NCBI GenBank assembly: GCA_902776565.1 | Contig: CACYQN010000011.1 | Coordinates: forward strand, 48,561-112,560 | Reading direction: 5' to 3' | DNA from: an uncultured Bacteroidia bacterium | GTDB lineage: Bacteria > Bacteroidota > Bacteroidia > Bacteroidales > ML635J-15 | Length of the DNA stretch: 64,000 nucleotides | Shown here: positions 26,303 through 34,884 of the stretch, piece after piece | How the letters are laid out: each line of letters begins with the position of its first letter | How positions within the stretch are numbered: the stretch's first letter is position 1 | Position numbers and translations under genes: made by a program | The notes under the pieces: model-generated | The model's input: only the letters and a program-made list of their open reading frames with translations | The model's database searches: none | What the model was told of the DNA's origin: nothing

Positions 26303-27499
26303 CTAGTACATCATCCCTAACAGCCACAATGGAAGTTTTTTGCCAATTGGTGTTTCGAGGTTGTCGGCAAAGATATAGGAATTGGGTATGTCGGCTATCT
26401 GTGCAAAGTCCTTGTCATCGCCACCGACTTCAATTGTCCACTTGCCGTCAATCCTGAAGTCGCCCTTTTTGTTGTATTCTACAGTATGTGCCACGGACAG
26501 CTGGTTCACGGCAAACGCTTCCCTGATTGTTCCGACATTGACTTGCGATGTGGCGAGTGCGTATATCAGATTGGCATTGTCGAGGTAAATCTTGTCGGGT
26601 TTTTGCAGTTTGCCGACCGACTTTGCATCGTAGTAGAGTTGTTGTATTATGTGCGCGTCGGCAAGGTTTCTCATGTAGGCTATTATTGTGTTCCTGTTTA
26701 TGCCAGTATAGACCGACAGTTTGCTTATATCGACATCGAACGGCAAGGTTGACGACAACACATAAAGCAATGCCTTTATTTTCCGCGTGTTGGATACTTC
26801 AACCTTGCATATTTGCGTAAGTTCCACATCGATTGTGAAGTTGACAATCTGTTCGATTAGCTGGTGGTAGGTCGCCTTGTTCTTGCCATAGAACGGGTAA
26901 TAGCCGAACTTGAGGTATTCTCTGAAAAATTCTATCGGCCTGCACTTTTCGTTCACTCCTGCGCAAATGTCCTGCGGGTTGGCAAGGATTGTTTCCAAAG
27001 GCTTCCGTTCTATCCGTATGCCCTTGTAGAATTCGAGGAATTCCCGGAACGATAGGCCTTGCATTTCGTACGACACGCATCTCCGCGACAAGTCGGCGTC
27101 GCCCATAAGCAAGTTTAGTAGCGACGAAGCACTCAGCACTATCCGCATTTCTGGATAGAGGTCGTATATTTCCTTTATTTCCCTGCTCCAGTTTTCGTAT
27201 TTGTGTACTTCGTCGAGAAACAGGTGCTTGCCTCCCTGCTTGTAGAAGTCGCTGGCGAGCGAGAGCAGACTATGCGAAGCAAAGTACATGGTGTCTAGCG
27301 AACAATATAGGACTTTTCTGTCGTACGACTGGTAGTTGAGTTTGATGTATTGGAGCATAAGTGTGGTTTTGCCCACGCCTCTTGGCCCGCGCAAGGCAAT
27401 CAACGGGGCATCCCAGTCAATGTCGTCCATTATGCTTCTCACGAAGTTAGTCCTTGTGTTCCTGAGCAGTATGTCGTGCTTCTCGAATAGCGATTCCAT
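26303..27499 (-). CDS. AAA+ ATPase with DUF4143-like C-terminal domain
   Basis: Start taken at MESLFEKHDILL (ATG 27497-27499). Walker A GPRGVGKTT, Walker B HLFLDEVH. The ORF-track start at 27646 runs through the upstream repeat array. Confidence 0.7.
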   Translation of the reverse strand: MESLFEKHDILLRNTRTNFVRSIMDDIDWDAPLIALRGPRGVGKTTLMLQYIKLNYQSYDRKVLYCSLDTMYFASHSLLSLASDFYKQGGKHLFLDEVHKYENWSREIKEIYDLYPEMRIVLSASSLLNLLMGDADLSRRCVSYEMQGLSFREFLEFYKGIRIERKPLETILANPQDICAGVNEKCRPIEFFREYLKFGYYPFYGKNKATYHQLIEQIVNFTIDVELTQICKVEVSNTRKIKALLYVLSSTLPFDVDISKLSVYTGINRNTIIAYMRNLADAHIIQQLYYDAKSVGKLQKPDKIYLDNANLIYALATSQVNVGTIREAFAVNQLSVAHTVEYNKKGDFRIDGKWTIEVGGDDKDFAQIADIPNSYIFADNLETPIGKKLPLWLLGMMY

Positions 27500-27523
27500 A
27501 TAAAAACAATTTTCCGCAAAGGT

Positions 27524-27650
27524 AATATTGCTTTTTGGAAATAGCAAATATTTATCAAAAATAGTATTTATAAATAGCATTTTATTTGAAATATTGCTAT
27601 ATGGAAATAGCAAAATACAATCTAATTTGCTATTTAGAAATAGCAAATAG
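27524..27650. promoter_or_regulatory. array of ATAGCAA-core motifs in both orientations (putative operator array)
   Basis: ggaaatagcaaata (27537-27550), taaatagcat (27571-27580), aatattgctat (27590-27600) and ggaaatagcaaaata (27603-27617). A perfect dyad atttgctattt-ag-aaatagcaaat sits at about 27625-27648. Confidence 0.45.
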
Positions 27651-27731
27651 TAGTACTAGCATTCTTGATTACCAATTATTGATGTCCGCTAAATTGTTTA
27701 CATAAAATGATTAGATGGTTGTGTCGTCCGT

Positions 27732-27888
27732 CATTTCGGAAGCTAGTCGCAACACGCGATACAGAATGGGGAGCGTTGTGAAGACCGCTGTCCGTAATCT
27801 GCTAACATACCTGTTACTAAGCAGATTCCGGATAAGCGAACTCACAAGCAACGTTCCTTTTGCTGTTCGTTCAGCTTTCCGGAATGAC
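27732..27888 (+). ncRNA. unclassified conserved structured element, copy 2
   Basis: Aligns with the reverse complement of 10468-10630. Internal hairpin tccg-t-aatctgct / agcagatt-c-cgga (27791-27832). Possible closing helix catttcggaagc (27732-27743) with gctttccggaatg (27874-27886). Confidence 0.4.
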
Positions 27889-27927
27889 GGTGATGGATTT
27901 AGCGAACAGCACTAATTGCCACTAGAA

Positions 27928-30462
27928 TTATCTGCTTATAGTCCACCACCCTGCACCAAATGTCTTTTCTCTATTTGTGCTGGGATAGACTGTTGCGGAT
28001 GCGCCTACAGGAACTGTGATTTTCATTTCTGTTGCGGTTATTTCGACAACAATATCGCCAAAAGGTGTCGGTTTGGTTGCTTTTACCCAACTGACACCGT
28101 CTGCGTTTTGCGGATCGATGAAGAAATGCATGTAGCCTGGTTGCGATTCGTCGGGACGAATGCCCGCCAAAGCTTGGTAGAACCAAGTGCCGATGCCGTT
28201 GTAGCAGTTGTGTACGCGGCTGCGCTCGTGTCCCCACGATTCCCAAGTTGCGGTTGCGCCGTTGGCAATCATAAATAGGTATCCGGGGTAATCGGGCTGA
28301 CGCAAGATGGTTGCCATAAGGTCGGTCTGCTTAGCTTTAGTAGCCCACTCGGTGAAAATCGGTACACCGAATAGTCCGACGGCAATATGCGACTTGTATT
28401 TTCCGTAAGAATCGGCTAAAAGTTGCTTGGTAACTTCTTGTGTTACATTGTTTTCGTCTGCAATGCCAGTCAGCAGGGCGTATGCGTTGTCGAATGGTGT
28501 TCCGTTGGCGTAGCTGTGAGTTTCGTGGTGGTAAAATTGCTTGTGGATGGCGGAATTCAGCCGTTTGCGCTTGTCGGCGAACTTTTGTGCATCGTCGGGG
28601 CGACCAAGCAGTTTTGCCATCTTTACCATGTCGGCAAGACATTCGCTGATAAAACAGTTGTTGGCGTGTATTACCGACTCACCGCCCATATCAATGCCTT
28701 GGGGAGCAAGCCAGTCGCCGAGGAACCACATCCGCTTCTTGGTGTCGGGCCAAGGCTGCAGAAGTTCGTCCTTGCTGTGCTTCTCGACAAATCCGAGCCA
28801 TAGTTTCATCTTTTCGTATAGCTTGTCAACCATGCGACGGTCGCCATAATTAAGATATGTCCGCCACGGAGCCTTGATTATGAATCCGCACCAGTACGGA
28901 CCTCCGCCAGTAGGAAACGATGGTGCCACATAAGCTAGTGAGCCGTCGCTGTCGATTGATTCGCCCCACGCCGTAAGCCAATTTAGGTAGGTGGGAAGCA
29001 CATCGTACATCGTTTGCAAAGTCATTGTGGAGGAATTGCCGTCGCCGCCGTAGCCCATCCGCTCAAGGTGCGGACAATCGACCATATAGCCACTAAAAGT
29101 GAGACATTGCAGAGTATATTTTACAAGGTCGTGGACGGTGTTCAGTTTTTCGTCGGAACAAGAGAATTTTGCCGATTTGTCAATGTCCAATGCACTAATT
29201 TGCAATGCTCTGATTTCTTGTATTTCAGCATTGCTGATTTTTACATATCGGAATGCGTGATGATGGAACTTGTTGCAGAAACCTTCGTCCGACTTGCCGT
29301 TTGCAATGTAAATGTCGCTTTCGCCCTGACTTTCAAATTTTCCGTCTATGGGAATGTAGTCGTTGTATTCCATTGTGACTTCCTCTCCTTTCTGCAACTG
29401 ACCAAACGACACTTGTAACCAGCCAGTTATCACGCGCCCGAAATCGATTAGCAACGAACCATCGTCTTGCTTTTCGACGGATTTTGGCTGAAGGCTGTCG
29501 ATTATGCGGTTGCCTTCGAAAAGTTGTGGCGAGGTGCACATTCCTTCAACATTGCAGGCTGTTGCAGGTTGCCATTGTGGTTGAAAATTTGCATCGAAGC
29601 GTTCTCCGCCGAACTGCAAGGGCATCCAAGTTCCGGTGTAGCTGTATCCGCTTGGCGAGGCTTGCCACGAAGTGTCGGTCTGGACGATGGTTTTGCTTGT
29701 GCAGCTTGAAATTTCGCAGATTTCGGCTTTTACCAGCGGTCCGTCGAATGGTACGCCGAAAATATTGTTGCGATACCAGCCTTGTCCGAGCCAGATTGTG
29801 ATTTCGTTTTCGCCATTGCGGAGGTATGGCGTAATGTCGTAGGTAACAATGAGCGAGTGCTTGTCGAGTTGCGAAACAGCTGGCTGCAAAATCTTATCAC
29901 CGACCTTCTTGCCGTTTATGATAAGTTCGTGGTAGCCAAGCGAATTTATGTGTGCGAGGACTTTAGTTCTGCCTTTCTGCAACTTTACGACAAACTTTTT
30001 TGTAAGCATAGGTGTCGGAGCTAGTCCGTTGCCTTGTTTGCAACCGATGTATTGTCCGTTCATTTCGCCGAGAATGCCGACACCAAAGCGTTCAATTTTG
30101 CTCCCCCCCGAACAAGTTCCTTTTTCGTCCCAAGTGCGTACGCACCAGTAGTAAAGTTGCCGTTCTTGCAAAGGAGTGCCAGTGTAGGCAACCATAATTT
30201 GTTCGTCCGACTCCATGCGACCGCTTTTCCAGATGTCGGCACGACCTTTGACGAGTGCGGCACTGTCGGAAGCGACTTGGATTTCGTATGCTTTTTGCTT
30301 TTGGTTGTTATGAGTGAGCGTGTTCTTCCAGCTGAAATGCGGGTTTGTTGTTTCTATACCAAGAGGTGCTTGCAGCCCTTCGCAGCGCAGGTCAAAGACT
30401 TGTGCGAAAGCTGTTGCTGATAGCAGGCAGAGGGATAGTAATATGGGAAAAATGTTTTTCAA
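27928..30462 (-). CDS. glycoside hydrolase family 78 alpha-L-rhamnosidase
   Basis: 844 aa. Signal peptide. The N-terminal block LRCEGLQAPLGIETTNPHFSWK is typical of the GH78 N-domain. Large six-hairpin-type C-terminal region. Confidence 0.8.
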   Translation of the reverse strand: MKNIFPILLSLCLLSATAFAQVFDLRCEGLQAPLGIETTNPHFSWKNTLTHNNQKQKAYEIQVASDSAALVKGRADIWKSGRMESDEQIMVAYTGTPLQERQLYYWCVRTWDEKGTCSGGSKIERFGVGILGEMNGQYIGCKQGNGLAPTPMLTKKFVVKLQKGRTKVLAHINSLGYHELIINGKKVGDKILQPAVSQLDKHSLIVTYDITPYLRNGENEITIWLGQGWYRNNIFGVPFDGPLVKAEICEISSCTSKTIVQTDTSWQASPSGYSYTGTWMPLQFGGERFDANFQPQWQPATACNVEGMCTSPQLFEGNRIIDSLQPKSVEKQDDGSLLIDFGRVITGWLQVSFGQLQKGEEVTMEYNDYIPIDGKFESQGESDIYIANGKSDEGFCNKFHHHAFRYVKISNAEIQEIRALQISALDIDKSAKFSCSDEKLNTVHDLVKYTLQCLTFSGYMVDCPHLERMGYGGDGNSSTMTLQTMYDVLPTYLNWLTAWGESIDSDGSLAYVAPSFPTGGGPYWCGFIIKAPWRTYLNYGDRRMVDKLYEKMKLWLGFVEKHSKDELLQPWPDTKKRMWFLGDWLAPQGIDMGGESVIHANNCFISECLADMVKMAKLLGRPDDAQKFADKRKRLNSAIHKQFYHHETHSYANGTPFDNAYALLTGIADENNVTQEVTKQLLADSYGKYKSHIAVGLFGVPIFTEWATKAKQTDLMATILRQPDYPGYLFMIANGATATWESWGHERSRVHNCYNGIGTWFYQALAGIRPDESQPGYMHFFIDPQNADGVSWVKATKPTPFGDIVVEITATEMKITVPVGASATVYPSTNREKTFGAGWWTISR

Positions 30463-30498
30463 TTTTGCTGAATTTGGTGTTGCTTGAAGTTGTTATGG

Positions 30499-30549
30499 AT
30501 TTATAATTCTGTGGAGTCGTTGCGCGCCGCGACCCCACAGATTATAAAT
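30499..30549. repeat. long imperfect inverted repeat around a GC-rich core (hairpin; possible terminator/REP-like)
   Basis: Arm atttataattctgtggagtcg (30499-30519) pairs with cgaccccacagattataaat (30530-30549). Lies between the thioredoxin-like gene stop and the GH78 start. There is no clear U-run. Confidence 0.4.
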
Positions 30550-30580
30550 TGTCAATTGTCCATTGTTAATTATCAATTAT

Positions 30581-31078
30581 TCATTGCCTTACCGCCTTTG
30601 GCGTCCAGCATTCGAAGAATCTCATCACCTTTTCCTTGTTGTAGCTTTTGCCTTCTTCAAGGAAACTCGAGTCCTGAGTGTGGATTACCTTGCCGTTCTC
30701 GTCGAGCACAACAAACACAGGAAATCCGAATCGGGCAGGATTTCCGAGCCTTTTCATCATCTTTGCGGCATTTTCTTTTTGCACTTCATCCGACTGGCGA
30801 GGATTGTAGTTGACATGGATATACACAAAATTATCATTGACCAACTTGTTGATAGTGCTGTCGTTGGTGATAAATTCTGCAAACCGCAGGCACCAAGGAC
30901 ACCAGTTGCCGCCAACCTGGCAAATTACGAATTTACCTTCCGATTTTGCTTGTTTCAAGGCCTTGTCGATTTGCTCCATCTGGTTGACATTCTCGTCATA
31001 AACCTTCTTTGGTGCGGTCTGTGCGGTTGCCGACAATGAGAAAATTGCTAATAATGCGATAGTTAAAAAGTTTTTCAT
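30581..31078 (-). CDS. secreted thioredoxin-fold protein (DUF255/thioredoxin-like)
   Basis: Start at MKNFLTIALL (ATG 31076-31078). Signal peptide. Redox motif GGNWCPWCLRF. Confidence 0.7.
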   Translation of the reverse strand: MKNFLTIALLAIFSLSATAQTAPKKVYDENVNQMEQIDKALKQAKSEGKFVICQVGGNWCPWCLRFAEFITNDSTINKLVNDNFVYIHVNYNPRQSDEVQKENAAKMMKRLGNPARFGFPVFVVLDENGKVIHTQDSSFLEEGKSYNKEKVMRFFECWTPKAVRQ

Positions 31079-31304
31079 TTTAATTAGAACAATATGTAAT
31101 TGGTGCAAAAATAAGAAATGAATGCGAATTTGACAATAGGAATTTCTATACCTATAATATAATAGTATCTAACTTCAGTTCCGAAAACAATCAATTGGGG
31201 TTGCGAACGACACAAAATATAGCATCCTATTAACCAACATTTTATTGTTAAAATATTTTTTACAGAAAATGCATAAAAAGATTTTTTGGAAATAAAAAAA
31301 GTAT

Positions 31305-31312
31305 TACTTTTG
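31305..31312 (+). promoter_or_regulatory. candidate -7 promoter box (TACTTTTG) for rplM-rpsI
   Basis: Matches TAnnTTTG ~65 nt upstream of the GTG start at 31377. Confidence 0.3.
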
Positions 31313-31376
31313 CAGTCCGTTTGGTCATCCAGCCTAAGGAACTTAATTTATTAATTTTTAAAGAAGAATTTTTAAA

Positions 31377-31832
31377 GTGAAAACATTGGTTTACAGAACA
31401 ATATCGGCAAACAAGGAGACTGTTAACAAGCAGTGGTATGTTGTCGATGCCGAAGGCGAAATCCTCGGACGTTTGGCTTCGAAAGTTGCTTACGTGTTGA
31501 GAGGAAAGCACAAACCCGAATACACACCGCATGTTGATTGTGGCGACAATGTCATCATCATCAATGCTGAGAAGGTAGTTCTTACGGGTAAGAAACTCAC
31601 CGACAAGGAATACATCAGACACTCTGGTTATCCTGGTGGACAGAAGGTTGAAACTCCTGTCGAAATGCTTGAAAAGCACCCAGAACGCATCATCGAGCAC
31701 GCAATTAAGGGAATGTTGCCGAAGAACCGTCTCGGAAGCGAATTGTTCAGAAATTTGAAAGTTTACGTTGGTAGCGAGCACAAACATGAAGCTCAGAACC
31801 CGACAAAGTTGGATTTAAACACAATTAAATAA
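31377..31832 (+). CDS. rplM: 50S ribosomal protein L13
   Basis: 151 aa, GTG start. [18 protein letters not shown] and GMLPKNRLG blocks. Confidence 0.95.
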   Translation: MKTLVYRTISANKETVNKQWYVVDAEGEILGRLASKVAYVLRGKHKPEYTPHVDCGDNVIIINAEKVVLTGKKLTDKEYIRHSGYPGGQKVETPVEMLEKHPERIIEHAIKGMLPKNRLGSELFRNLKVYVGSEHKHEAQNPTKLDLNTIK

Positions 31833-31834
31833 GC

Positions 31835-32221
31835 ATGGACGTATTTAATGCATTAGGTCGCAGAAAAGCTGCTGTCGCAAGAGTTTACCTTAGCGAAGGA
31901 AAAGGAAACATCACGGTTAACAACCGCAAAATGGAAGAATACTTCCCGATTATGCAGTACCAGTATATCGTAAAGCAACCGTTCTTGACATTGGACAAGA
32001 TGGACTGCTACGATGTAAAGGCCAACATCGACGGAGGTGGTGTAAGAGGTCAGGCTGAAGCTTTGCGCCTTGGTATCTCAAGGGCATTGTTGAAGGTAGA
32101 TCCGGAATACAGGGCTAGCTTGAAGCCTTGCGGTTTCCTCTCACGCGACTCGAGGGTTGTTGAAAGAAAGAAACCCGGACAGAAGAAGGCTCGTAAGAGA
32201 TTCCAGTTCAGCAAGCGTTAG
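31835..32221 (+). CDS. rpsI: 30S ribosomal protein S9
   Basis: 128 aa. GRRKAAVARV and GGGVRGQAEA blocks. C-terminal KKARKRFQFSKR. Confidence 0.95.
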   Translation: MDVFNALGRRKAAVARVYLSEGKGNITVNNRKMEEYFPIMQYQYIVKQPFLTLDKMDCYDVKANIDGGGVRGQAEALRLGISRALLKVDPEYRASLKPCGFLSRDSRVVERKKPGQKKARKRFQFSKR

Positions 32222-32262
32222 TATTTTATTTTCAGAGAATTATAAACAGAGTTTAGTATCTA

Positions 32263-32301
32263 AATCGTGGAGATGGTCCTTCGGGATTCTACTTCACGAT
32301 T
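32263..32301 (+). promoter_or_regulatory. stable hairpin with UUCG tetraloop in the rpsI-rpsB spacer (candidate rpsB leader/processing element)
   Basis: aatcgtggagatggtcc-ttcg-ggattctacttcacgatt forms ~15 pairs with one bulge. It is not followed by a T-run. Confidence 0.4.
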
Positions 32302-32334
32302 GTTACTACAGAATGTAAACTTAAATTTTTAAAA

Positions 32335-33159
32335 ATGTCAAGATTAACATTTGATCAATTGTTAGAGGCTGGCGTACACTTCGGTCACCTCAGACGCAAA
32401 TGGAATCCCGCAATGGCTCCTTACATCTTCATGGAGCGCAACGGTATCCACATCATCGACTTGCACAAGACAGCCGTAAAGGTTGACGAAGCTGCAGAAG
32501 CAATGAAGAACATTGTAAAGTCAGGTAGAAAAGTTTTGTTCGTAGCTACAAAGAAGCAGGCTAAGGACATCGTAGCAGAAGAAGTAACAAAGGTTGGAAT
32601 GCCATTCGTTACTGAACGCTGGCCCGGTGGTATGCTTACCAACTTCCCGACTATCCGCAAGGCTGTTAAGAAGATGTCGTCAATCGACAAGATGATTAGC
32701 GACGGAACTTTCTCTTCGCTTTCAAAGCGTGAACAGCTCCAGATTAGCCGTCAGAGAGCAAAATTGGAAAAGAACCTCGGTTCTATCGCCGACCTTTCAA
32801 GACTTCCGGCAGCTCTTTTCGTAGTTGATATCCTCAAGGAAAAGATTGCAGTTCACGAAGCTCAGAGATTGGGTATTCCTGTATTCGCAATGGTTGATAC
32901 CAATTCGGATCCTAAGAACGCCGACTATCCAATTCCAGCAAACGACGACGCTTCAAAGTCAATTCAGCTTATCGTTGCTACTATGTGCCAGGCTATTAAG
33001 GAAGGTTTGGACGAAAGAGCAGTTGAAAAGGAAAACACTGCAAAGGAAGCTGGCGAAGAGACTGAAGAACAGGCTCCAGTAGAAAGAAAGAGACAGAGAA
33101 GAACTTCGGCTAAGAAGGAACACGTTGAAGAAGCTCCTGCTGAAACCGAAGAAAACTAG
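32335..33159 (+). CDS. rpsB: 30S ribosomal protein S2
   Basis: 274 aa. LLEAGVHFGH and WPGGMLTNF blocks. Acidic/basic C-terminal tail. Confidence 0.95.
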   Translation: MSRLTFDQLLEAGVHFGHLRRKWNPAMAPYIFMERNGIHIIDLHKTAVKVDEAAEAMKNIVKSGRKVLFVATKKQAKDIVAEEVTKVGMPFVTERWPGGMLTNFPTIRKAVKKMSSIDKMISDGTFSSLSKREQLQISRQRAKLEKNLGSIADLSRLPAALFVVDILKEKIAVHEAQRLGIPVFAMVDTNSDPKNADYPIPANDDASKSIQLIVATMCQAIKEGLDERAVEKENTAKEAGEETEEQAPVERKRQRRTSAKKEHVEEAPAETEEN

Positions 33160-33183
33160 TATTAACGTTAAAACCGAAAGACA

Positions 33184-34179
33184 ATGGCAAATATAAGTGC
33201 TGCTGACGTAAAGAAATTGAGAGATTTGACCGGTGCAGGTATGATGGACTGCAAGAAGGCTTTGACCGAAGCTGACGGTGATTTCGAAAAGGCAAAGGAT
33301 CTTATCAGAGAAAGAGGTCTTGCTATCGCTAACAAGCGTGCTGACCGCGAAGCTACCGAAGGTGCTGTTCTCGCTGGTACTGCAAAGAACAATACCGTTG
33401 GTGTTGTTATCGCATTGAGCTGCGAAACCGACTTTGTTGCTAAGAACGACGATTTCGTAAACCTCGCAAAGGACATCCTTAAGGTTGCTTGTGACAATCT
33501 TCCAGCCGACCTCGAGGCTCTCAAGGCTTTGACAGTAAACGGAAAGACTATCGTTGACGCAGTTGCTGAAAGAAGCGGTGTTACTGGCGAAAAGATGGAA
33601 CTTGCATACTACAACAAGATGGAAGCTCCTTACGTTGTTGAATATATCCACAATGGTAACAAGCTCGCTACAGTTATTGGTCTTAACAAGGTTGTTGACC
33701 GTCAGGTTGGCCGTAACGTTGCAATGCAGGTTACTGCTATGAATCCTGTCGCAGTTGACGAAGCTAGCGTTCCTCAGAAGGTTAAGGACGAAGAATTCTC
33801 GATTGCAATCAACAAGACCAAGCTCGAACTCAGCGCAAAGGCTGTTGACGCTGCTTTGAAGAAAGCTGGCATCAACCCGAACCTCGTTGACAGCGACGAC
33901 CATATCGAAAGCAACATGGCAAAGGGATGGATAACTAAGGAACAGGCTGACGAAGCTCGCAAGATTAGAACCGAAGTTACCGAAGCAACTGTTGCTACCA
34001 TGCCGGAAGCTAAGATAAACGCTATAGCAAACGGTCGTTTGCAGAAGTTCTTCAAGGAATCAACTCTTATGAACCAGGCTTACATCTCCGATTCAAAGGT
34101 ATCGATTGCTCAGTACCTCGAATCAGTAGAAAAGGGCCTCGTTGCTACAGGTTTCATAAGATTCGGTTTGAAAAACTAA
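33184..34179 (+). CDS. tsf: translation elongation factor Ts
   Basis: 331 aa. The N-terminus VKKLRDLTGAGMMDCKKAL is the EF-Ts UBA-like signature. Confidence 0.95.
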   Translation: MANISAADVKKLRDLTGAGMMDCKKALTEADGDFEKAKDLIRERGLAIANKRADREATEGAVLAGTAKNNTVGVVIALSCETDFVAKNDDFVNLAKDILKVACDNLPADLEALKALTVNGKTIVDAVAERSGVTGEKMELAYYNKMEAPYVVEYIHNGNKLATVIGLNKVVDRQVGRNVAMQVTAMNPVAVDEASVPQKVKDEEFSIAINKTKLELSAKAVDAALKKAGINPNLVDSDDHIESNMAKGWITKEQADEARKIRTEVTEATVATMPEAKINAIANGRLQKFFKESTLMNQAYISDSKVSIAQYLESVEKGLVATGFIRFGLKN

Positions 34180-34203
34180 CGATTTTCATAATTCTATCAT
34201 TCA

Positions 34204-34236
34204 AAGGGCATTCGCAAGGATGCCTTTTGTTTTTTA
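34204..34236 (+). terminator. rho-independent terminator after tsf
   Basis: Hairpin ggcat/atgcc with a ttcgcaagg loop region, followed by ttttgtttttt. Confidence 0.6.
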
Positions 34237-34290
34237 TTGTTTGGTGAAAAAAAATTACTTAAATTTGTAGTCTAAATTAAATTCAACAAA

Positions 34291-34872
34291 ATGAAAAAAT
34301 TCAGTATCATAATTATTGCAGCCTCATTGATGATGGCAGCTTGCGCAAATAGTGAAAGAAAAACAGAAAATCAAAGTGAAAACCAAAACGAAACAAAGGA
34401 AATGAAAACATTAGTAGCTTATTTTTCAGCCTCTGGAGTGACAAGAGGTGTTGCAACACAACTTGCAGAAGTCGCCGGTGCCGACCTTTACGAAATTGTA
34501 CCCGAACAGATTTATACCGATGCCGACCTCGACTGGAGGGATTCGCTATCGCGCTCGTCGGTTGAAATGAAGGACAAGACCTCACGTCCTGCAATAAAGA
34601 AAACTGAACTCAAAATCGATGACTACGATACAATCTATGTAGGCTTCCCGATTTGGTGGTACACCTGCCCTACTATCATCAACACCTTTATGGAAACCTA
34701 CGACTTTGCTGGAAAGACTGTCATTCCGTTTGCAACATCGGGTAGCAGTTCAATAGAACAGGCTTGCTGTGACTTGAAGTCTGCATATCCAAAGGCCAAC
34801 TGGAAGGAAGGCCGTCTGCTCAACAATGCTACCAAGGAGCAACTCGAAGAGTGGGTAAAATCTTTACAATAA
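34291..34872 (+). CDS. flavodoxin-family lipoprotein
   Basis: Lipoprotein signal (MAAC). VAYFSASGVTR and DADLDWRD blocks and a GFPIWWYT block. Paralog of 56583..57188 and 61485..62006. Confidence 0.7.
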   Translation: MKKFSIIIIAASLMMAACANSERKTENQSENQNETKEMKTLVAYFSASGVTRGVATQLAEVAGADLYEIVPEQIYTDADLDWRDSLSRSSVEMKDKTSRPAIKKTELKIDDYDTIYVGFPIWWYTCPTIINTFMETYDFAGKTVIPFATSGSSSIEQACCDLKSAYPKANWKEGRLLNNATKEQLEEWVKSLQ

Positions 34873-34884
34873 ACAATTTCGGCG

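Noticed and set aside
32959-33903. 314-aa minus-strand ORF across rpsB/tsf
   Set aside because: Antisense to two unambiguous ribosomal/translation genes, with a compositional artefact (Phe/Ser/Leu-rich).
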